A stretch of DNA of 32,566 bases from a virus (Duplodnaviria; Caudoviricetes): the IMG/VR virus record IMGVR_UViG_3300045980_000063, positions 1 through 32,566 of that record, one strand, 5' to 3'. The translations under genes were made by a program, and so were the position numbers. Every line of letters begins with the position of its first letter. Within the stretch, counting starts at the first letter, position 1. The notes under the pieces are model-generated. The model had not been told where the DNA came from, ran no database searches, and worked only from the letters and a program-made list of their open reading frames with translations. Positions 27,393 through 32,566 of the stretch are shown here, piece after piece.

Positions 27393-27770
27393 ATGCGTCG
27401 TCTTGCTGCCCCTGTCGTTGTCCTCGCCGCCGTGCTCGCGCTCGCGGGGTGCTCCGACGGCGGCTCGTCCGAACCGACACCGACCCCGACGCTCACCGTC
27501 GGGCCGGCTGAGACGCTCGACGATGCGGCCACGCTCGACGAGGTCGTGGACTACGTGCTTGCGCAGGACCAGGGCTCGATGAGTAGTGATGAGGTCGCGG
27601 ACGCCGCATCGAAGCTGAACGGGATGGCCGCGGACCTCTACTCGGACGCGAAGTATGGCGAGCTGAAGGCCGACTTCAACGTGCTCACGATCAACGCGGT
27701 GCAGCACCCGGACGAGGAGTGGCAGCCGCAGCTCATCGAACTCACCAAGCAGGTTCGCGAGCTCGACTGA
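27393..27770 (+). CDS. Lipoprotein on the opposite strand (moron-like), probably leaderless
   Basis: MRRLAAPVVVLAAVLALAG-C lipobox. TACGCT -10-like hexamer (27381-27386) lies 6 nt before the ATG. Confidence 0.8.
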   Translation: MRRLAAPVVVLAAVLALAGCSDGGSSEPTPTPTLTVGPAETLDDAATLDEVVDYVLAQDQGSMSSDEVADAASKLNGMAADLYSDAKYGELKADFNVLTINAVQHPDEEWQPQLIELTKQVRELD

Positions 27771-27774
27771 GCCG

Positions 27775-29115
27775 TCACGCTGCGAGGGCGACGTCCCAGC
27801 GCAGCATCGGCCGCCAGATGTTCTCCGTCGTGGCGATCGCGTACCGGCCGCCGTCGAGCGAGTGGTCGTTGACCTTCACCGGCACGTCGTGGCCCTGCAG
27901 CGCTTGCTTGCTGTCCCACGCGTAGCCGGGAGCCTCGGTGATAAACCCCTGGCACCGGTCAGCGACCATGAGTTGTTCCTCGGCCATGAGCGACGCGACC
28001 GTGCTGATGCCGTACGAGACGTTATTCAGGCCGCCCGACGTGGGGATGCCGGCGAGGTTCAGCTCGCGCTGGAAGTGCAGCGCGGCCGGGTCGACGATCA
28101 CGAACTCGGGGCGCAGAGCCGACTCGTACGGCAGGTGGTCGCTGTGCAGCCAGTCCTTGAACAGGCCGGCCTGTTGCGACGGGGACAGGAACGCCGCCTC
28201 GGACGTGCGGGCGTCGTGCCGCCACTCGTCGATCAGCCACAGGCGGGAGCCGTAGCCGCGGGTGTCGCGCTTTTCCTTCGACAGGCCCAGCAGTAGACCC
28301 GTGCTCGGATTGTTTGTCCCGAAGTCGACGCCGACGGCCAGGAGGCGGTGCATCTGCGGCAGCGACGCCCACGGGCGCACATGCCGCGCCGGGTCCCACA
28401 TGCCGTAGATCGCGCCCTCAGCGCTGACCCACTCGCCCAAGATCTGACGGCGATACCAGAGGCCCGTGTACTGCGACCGGAGACGAGCCTTCACCGCCGC
28501 CGACAGGGACGGGTTGTCGTCCATCATGAAGTGGTAGCGACGCCAGTCCGGCAGCTTCCGCATCCGGTCGATGAAGTCGACCTTCAGCCAGTGCGCCGGG
28601 CTGTCCGGGTTCGTCGTCGCGAACAGCTTCGACTCGTCCAGCGACATGCGGTTCAGCACCTGCTTGAACGCCGTCTCCTCAATGACCGTCGCCTCGTCGA
28701 CGTACACGAGCAGCACGGTCATGCCTCGGATCTTGCCCTCAGCGCGAGAGTCGTTGATGCCGATGACCTGCACCTCGCGGCCGAAGATGTGCGCCGTCGG
28801 GGCGTTCTGCCGGTACTTCACCACGGACCGGAACGCGCGCAGGCCTGTCGACGTCTCGATCGTCTGGAAGAAGTTGCGGTAGATGGAGCCGAGATTCTTC
28901 CCCACGATGAGCAGCTGACCGTCAAGCTCACCATCGCCGAGCTCCGCGACCGCCATGAGGAACGCCAGCACGGAGACGTAGGTCTTGCCCGCGCGGATGC
29001 TTCCTTCCCACAGGTTGAACGTCGCACCCGGCCGCAGGCACGCATGAAGGGAACGGGCCTGGTTACGACCCAGGCTCGCTGTCGCTTGGAACGTCCTCGG
29101 CGCTGGGGGAGTCAT
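27775..29115 (-). CDS. terL: Terminase large subunit
   Basis: Walker A GSIRAGKT, Walker B VYVDEA, TTNP, nuclease motifs GVDFG and DHSLDGGRY. Confidence 0.95.
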   Translation of the reverse strand: MTPPAPRTFQATASLGRNQARSLHACLRPGATFNLWEGSIRAGKTYVSVLAFLMAVAELGDGELDGQLLIVGKNLGSIYRNFFQTIETSTGLRAFRSVVKYRQNAPTAHIFGREVQVIGINDSRAEGKIRGMTVLLVYVDEATVIEETAFKQVLNRMSLDESKLFATTNPDSPAHWLKVDFIDRMRKLPDWRRYHFMMDDNPSLSAAVKARLRSQYTGLWYRRQILGEWVSAEGAIYGMWDPARHVRPWASLPQMHRLLAVGVDFGTNNPSTGLLLGLSKEKRDTRGYGSRLWLIDEWRHDARTSEAAFLSPSQQAGLFKDWLHSDHLPYESALRPEFVIVDPAALHFQRELNLAGIPTSGGLNNVSYGISTVASLMAEEQLMVADRCQGFITEAPGYAWDSKQALQGHDVPVKVNDHSLDGGRYAIATTENIWRPMLRWDVALAA

Positions 29116-29542
29116 CCGTCACCTGCCCGTACGTGTCGTCGGGACCGAACAGGCCCTTGAGGCCAGCAGCGAAGTCGAGGAGCGCGCCGCGCACGTTCGC
29201 GGTCGGGTCTTCGGGCTGCCGGTCGTAGAGGTTCAGGAACTTCGCGCGCTGCTCCATGATCTTCAGCACGCGGTCGACGGCCCAGAGGTCCCCGTCGCGG
29301 GCTTTCTCGTACATGCCGGCGAGCATGTCGTCGAGGCGGGCGAGTTCGAGTTCGACGAGCTCTGTCGCGGATTCTCTGGTGATGTCGGCGATGCCCTGCT
29401 TGACGGCGCGGTGGGCGCTGCCCTTGTTCGCGTAGCCGACCTCGTTGGCGATGTCCTCGAAGGTCCATCCGGCGCGGCGGAGGTCGAGGGCTTGCTTCCG
29501 CTTCTCTGCGGCGGTGGCCTTCGAGTTGGTATCGGATGCCAT
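29063..29542 (-). CDS. terS: Terminase small subunit
   Basis: HTH (ALDLRRAGWTFEDIANEVGY) plus ELARLD...AVDRVLKIMEQRAK, directly upstream of terL. AAAGGAG RBS. Confidence 0.88.
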   Translation of the reverse strand: MASDTNSKATAAEKRKQALDLRRAGWTFEDIANEVGYANKGSAHRAVKQGIADITRESATELVELELARLDDMLAGMYEKARDGDLWAVDRVLKIMEQRAKFLNLYDRQPEDPTANVRGALLDFAAGLKGLFGPDDTYGQVTDDSPSAEDVPSDSEPGS

Positions 29543-29613
29543 GGGGTTGCTCCTTTGGGCTGGTCCGCGCCTGGCGGGTCAGGGGTGTGCTCTCGGCTCC
29601 TGGCCGGGCATGA

Positions 29614-29655
29614 CGGAGCCCCGGGGAGACCTGGTGGTCGATCCCCGGGGCTTCG
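29614..29655 (-). terminator. Hairpin closing the peptide operon
   Basis: CGGAGCCCCGGGGA ... TCCCCGGGGCTTCG near-perfect inverted repeat, 16 nt after the peptide 2 stop. Confidence 0.6.
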
Positions 29656-29671
29656 GTGGTGCAGCGCGGTG

Positions 29672-29824
29672 TCAGCTGCCGCTGGTGCGGCCGGCTCGTG
29701 CGGATGCAGCGCGGCGTGTGCCGGTGGTGCGGCGTCCGGAGAAGCCGGTGCCGCCCATGATGTTCGCGAAGCCTTCGGCGGCGCTGATGCCGCCTCCGAT
29801 GTACTGGCGGAGGGACTGGCGCAT
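29672..29824 (-). CDS. 50-aa Arg/Gly-rich peptide ending RTSGS (absent from ORF track)
   Basis: AGGAAGGA RBS. MRQSLRQYIGGGISAAEGFANIMGGTGFSGRRTTGTRRAASARAGRTSGS*. Confidence 0.75.
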   Translation of the reverse strand: MRQSLRQYIGGGISAAEGFANIMGGTGFSGRRTTGTRRAASARAGRTSGS

Positions 29825-29842
29825 GCAGGGGTTCCTTCCTGG

Positions 29843-29950
29843 TCAGCTTCCGGAGGTGCGGCTGGAGGACGCGGACGAGGCGGTGCGGCGGCGGAAGCCG
29901 CGGGTGACGCGCGCGATGCCGGCGCGGACGCGGGACATGACGTTTCGCAT
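29843..29950 (-). CDS. 35-aa Arg/Ser-rich peptide ending RTSGS (absent from ORF track)
   Basis: Strong SD AGGAGGTGA. MRNVMSRVRAGIARVTRGFRRRTASSASSSRTSGS*. Confidence 0.78.
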   Translation of the reverse strand: MRNVMSRVRAGIARVTRGFRRRTASSASSSRTSGS

Positions 29951-29974
29951 GGGAGGGTTCACCTCCTCTCACGG

Positions 29975-30349
29975 TCAGGACAGGTCGACGCCGAGGCGCT
30001 CGGCGAGTTCGGATCCGGGGAGGTACTTGTCGCCGAGGTCTGCGACGCCGGCGCGCTCCAGGAAGCGGTCCTTCTCCTCGCGGGAGGTGAAGCACACGGC
30101 GACCCAATACTCGGAGTCGGTGGCGCGCTTGAAGCGGTTCGCTTCGGCCTTGGCGCGGTTGCGGTAGCCCTGTTCGAGCGCGGTCATCTCGGTGGCGGCA
30201 TCTTGGGCGAGGTCGCCGGTGTACTCGACTTCGGCGAGCGGATCGGGTTCGGGTGTGGCCTTCTGACGGCGGCCGGAGAGCCCGCCTGTGGAGCGCTTGC
30301 CGCTGCCGGGTCGGCGGGGCCCGGTGAGGCCGGAGGAGTCGCGGGTCAT
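29975..30349 (-). CDS. Partner protein of the PP-loop ATPase, function unknown
   Basis: ATGA-coupled to the ATPase. Basic disordered N-terminus, then DSEYWVAVCFTSREEKDRFL...DKYLPG. Confidence 0.75.
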   Translation of the reverse strand: MTRDSSGLTGPRRPGSGKRSTGGLSGRRQKATPEPDPLAEVEYTGDLAQDAATEMTALEQGYRNRAKAEANRFKRATDSEYWVAVCFTSREEKDRFLERAGVADLGDKYLPGSELAERLGVDLS

Positions 30350-31077
30350 CGGGAAGTCTCCATGTTGGCGCGGAAGAGTTCGAGGTCGGCAAGCGGGAAC
30401 CAGTCGAGGACGCGCTGGAAGTCGGCGGGGAAGTGCTCGCTGATCGGCTTGAGGAAGCGGTGGTCGATGCCATCGAACGATCGGCCGAACAGCTGGTAGT
30501 CGACGGGGAGGGTGATGCCGGCCGCGGCGATGCGGTCGCGGACCTCGGCGACGAGCCAGTCGGCGATGGGGGATACCTTGCGGCTGGTCGGCTTCATCAC
30601 GCCATGCTGGATGAACGATGCTCGGCGGACGATGCTGTCGGCGGCGCGGACGCCATCGGCTACCCAGGTGTCGGCGGGGAGGTCGAGATCCTTCCGGATG
30701 AGCTCCCACATGACGGCATAGTCGGGTGTGGGGAGCTGGGCGGCTTCGATCACCTCGCAGCGCTCGGGAGGCTGGAAGACGAAGTTGTTCAGCCACCGGT
30801 AGAAGCTGGGGTGCGGGTAGCGGTGGATGCTCTTGCCGAGCGCATGCTCCAGGTCGGTGAGGCCCTGCTCCACGAAGTCGAGGGTGTGGCCTGGCTCGCG
30901 GCCGGGGATGTAGTAGAGGTGGGCGAGGATGGTCTCGATGCCCGCATCCTGCAGGGCGAGCTCGGTTGCGATGGCATCCTTCCCACCGGAGAACGCGACG
31001 AGCACGGGGCGGCCCTCGGCGGCGAGGGTGTCGCGGATTTCGGCGGAGGTCGGCTGGCCCTTGATGATGGTCGGCAC
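30346..31077 (-). CDS. PAPS-reductase-fold PP-loop ATP pyrophosphatase (adenine nucleotide alpha hydrolase superfamily)
   Basis: VLVAFSGGKDA PP-loop, DGVRAADSIVRR (GxRxx[DE]SxxR), SPIADW. GTG start 7 nt after AGGAGG. Confidence 0.85.
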   Translation of the reverse strand: MPTIIKGQPTSAEIRDTLAAEGRPVLVAFSGGKDAIATELALQDAGIETILAHLYYIPGREPGHTLDFVEQGLTDLEHALGKSIHRYPHPSFYRWLNNFVFQPPERCEVIEAAQLPTPDYAVMWELIRKDLDLPADTWVADGVRAADSIVRRASFIQHGVMKPTSRKVSPIADWLVAEVRDRIAAAGITLPVDYQLFGRSFDGIDHRFLKPISEHFPADFQRVLDWFPLADLELFRANMETSR

Positions 31078-31079
31078 GG

Positions 31080-31250
31080 TCACGCCTCCTCTCGCGGTGG
31101 CAGGTAGAGGGTGCCCCAGCCCAAACACTCGACGCAGCCGGTGCCAGCGCCTCCGCATTCCGGGCAGTCCTGGGCATGCCACGCCTCGGGGTTGGCGAGC
31201 TGCTCCCAGTGCGGGCGAGGCAGGGCATTTGCCCACGCGGCGGGACTCAC
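31080..31250 (-). CDS. 56-aa DnaJ-type CxxCxGxG zinc-finger peptide (absent from ORF track)
   Basis: GTGA-coupled to the upstream gene. ...DCPECGGAGTGCVECLGWGTLY... Confidence 0.7.
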   Translation of the reverse strand: MSPAAWANALPRPHWEQLANPEAWHAQDCPECGGAGTGCVECLGWGTLYLPPREEA

Positions 31251-31810
31251 CGGATTGCCTCAGCGGTGCGGGCGGCCCATCCTTCAAGCGGCATAACCGA
31301 GACCTGCACTGGGCCATGCGGATCCGACTGGCTTACCGAGAGCGCGATGATCTTGCCATCCTCGATGTCGGCGATGACGCCGAGGTGGTCATCGAGGACC
31401 AAAGGGAATCCGGCATAGGGCATGCCGGGCTCGGGGATGATGAGGTCGACGGTGAGGAACTGGACGCCCTCAGCCTCCCAGAGCGCGAGGTCGATGAGGT
31501 CGCCCTGCTGCGAAGTCACCGGACGCCAGTCCATGCCGACGATGAGGGCTTCCGCGACCAGCCGGGCCTCTCCCGGGCCTGCGGGCTCGGACGAGGTGCG
31601 CCACCAGATAGTGGCGATGTCGCCGCCCTTGGAGCGGACCGCCCAGCCGAGGTCATCGATGTCAGTGATCTCCCAGTCGATGCCTTCGATGAGGAGGTGG
31701 TCACCGACGCTGTAGGTGAGAGCGCGCCGCTTGTGCAGGACGGGGCGGTCCTGTGAGCGGTAGATGACGGTGGGGGAGGGGGTCGAACTGAGGGGCGATG
31801 CGAATGTCAT
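31247..31810 (-). CDS. Hypothetical protein, first (leaderless) gene of the operon
   Basis: 187 aa. ATG lies 6 nt after the -10 hexamer. Confidence 0.7.
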   Translation of the reverse strand: MTFASPLSSTPSPTVIYRSQDRPVLHKRRALTYSVGDHLLIEGIDWEITDIDDLGWAVRSKGGDIATIWWRTSSEPAGPGEARLVAEALIVGMDWRPVTSQQGDLIDLALWEAEGVQFLTVDLIIPEPGMPYAGFPLVLDDHLGVIADIEDGKIIALSVSQSDPHGPVQVSVMPLEGWAARTAEAIR

Positions 31811-31816
31811 AATTGG

Positions 31817-31846
31817 AGTCTACTAAGTAGACGCAATGAATGTCAA
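31817..31846 (-). promoter_or_regulatory. SigA-type promoter TTGACA-N18-TAGACT
   Basis: Minus strand reads TTGACA ttcattgcgtctacttag TAGACT ccaatt ATG. Confidence 0.75.
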
Positions 31847-31879
31847 CTAAGTAGACTGCTGAGTGTGGATGAAGTAGAC
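31818..31879. promoter_or_regulatory. Operator array: two 15-bp palindromes plus a half site
   Basis: GTCTACTAAGTAGAC (31818-31832), GTCAACTAAGTAGAC (31842-31856), AAGTAGAC (31872-31879). Confidence 0.8.
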
Positions 31880-31894
31880 GATAGGCTAGTGGAC

Positions 31895-32074
31895 ATGGCA
31901 TCCGCACTGTCCCAGCTCGCGCGCATCGCGCGCGACACCGCGAAGCGCCCCGACCTCATCGAAAAGGCCCGGGAGGAAGGCGCAACATGGGAACAGATCG
32001 CGAGCGCACTACAGATGAGTCGCGCCGGGGTGATCAAGCTTCACAACAGCGGTCGCAGTTCAAAGGCTGAGTAG
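31895..32074 (+). CDS. Small HTH regulator divergent from the operon (start could also be 31865 or 31889)
   Basis: AREEGATWEQIASALQMSRAGV HTH. TAGGCT -10-like hexamer at 31882-31887, 7 nt before the ATG. Confidence 0.78.
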   Translation: MASALSQLARIARDTAKRPDLIEKAREEGATWEQIASALQMSRAGVIKLHNSGRSSKAE

Positions 32075-32091
32075 GGCGAGGCGTTGAGGCG

Positions 32092-32131
32092 ACGAAGCCC
32101 CGGTCACCTCTCGCGAGGGCCGGGGCTTCGT
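32092..32131. terminator. Bidirectional terminator-like hairpin
   Basis: ACGAAGCCCCGG ... CCGGGGCTTCGT 12-bp inverted repeat between convergent genes. Confidence 0.7.
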
Positions 32132-32235
32132 TCTAGGCGGAGTGCTCCACCATCTGTATCTAGGGTCGCACGTTTCTACACTTTCGCGCATTTTAGTTCG
32201 ACTCTACCGGCGTGTCGCGCCCGTAGGATGCGGAG

Positions 32236-32445
32236 TTATGTTCCCCCACGGGGTCGGCGCGGCCGTCCACGCTTCACAGTCGGCTCGATCCGGAGGACCG
32301 CCTTCGCGAGCACCTCCGTGATGCCGTCCGCGTTCGTGCGCGTCGCGAGGCGGTCCGCGTCGATCCACCGGTAGATCTGGGAGCGGTGCTTCCCGATCAT
32401 CGCGGCGGCGGCCTTCACCGTCACCCATTCGCGAATTTCAGGCAT
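32236..32445 (-). CDS. Excisionase/MerR-like HTH DNA-binding protein
   Basis: WVTVKAAAAMIGKHRSQIYRWI and C-terminal RGRPR (AT-hook-like). GGAGG RBS. Confidence 0.72.
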   Translation of the reverse strand: MPEIREWVTVKAAAAMIGKHRSQIYRWIDADRLATRTNADGITEVLAKAVLRIEPTVKRGRPRRPRGGT

Positions 32446-32566
32446 CGCTCGACCTCCGGTTCTCGTCATCCGCGCCGAACGCCTCGCGGTAGCTCTCCAT
32501 GTCGTGCGTCGACATCCGGACGCGGCGCTTGTACTCGTCGAGCGTGATCGGCTCAGCCCAAGACGC
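32438..32566 (-). CDS. 3' end of a hypothetical phage protein, truncated by the window edge
   Basis: Open frame ...WAEPITLDEYKRRVRMST...SDA* overlapping the next start. Confidence 0.55.
   Translation of the reverse strand, partial: ASWAEPITLDEYKRRVRMSTHDMESYREAFGADDENRRSSDA

Larger units (their letters stand above)
1..32566. mobile_element. Temperate siphophage/prophage (packaging, head, tail, lysis, recombinase); ends not visible
   Basis: Complete syntenic virion module plus a tyrosine recombinase. Confidence 0.93.

Noticed and set aside
30346-31077. Calling the PP-loop protein a true CysH sulfate-assimilation enzyme or DndC phosphorothioation protein
   Set aside because: It lacks the Cys motifs of those enzymes, and no cys or dnd partner genes are in the window.

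Overview
High-GC actinobacterial (Microbacteriaceae-like, inferred) temperate siphophage/prophage segment. Almost all genes are on the minus strand. Read right to left: an HTH gene, a divergent HTH/operator switch, a six-gene operon (unknown, CxxCxGxG zinc finger, PAPS-reductase-fold PP-loop ATPase, partner protein, two unannotated Arg-rich peptides that both end in RTSGS), terS, terL, an accessory cassette inserted between terL and portal (opposite-strand lipoprotein, Acb2/Tad1-like sponge candidate, membrane protein, PGDYG-like protein, micro zinc finger), portal, MuF minor head protein with a nuclease-toxin C-terminus, scaffold, capsid, head-tail genes, major tail, two paralogous tail chaperones, tape measure, minor tails, a frameshifted M15 endolysin, holin-like genes and an SGNH tail-associated protein. 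At the left end a convergent tyrosine recombinase has its 3' end overlapping a type I-E CRISPR-repeat-like repeat-spacer-repeat unit. Best novelty candidates: the PP-loop ATPase plus twin RTSGS peptide operon, and the CRISPR-like mini-array. All calls come from reading motifs by eye; no database searches were run.
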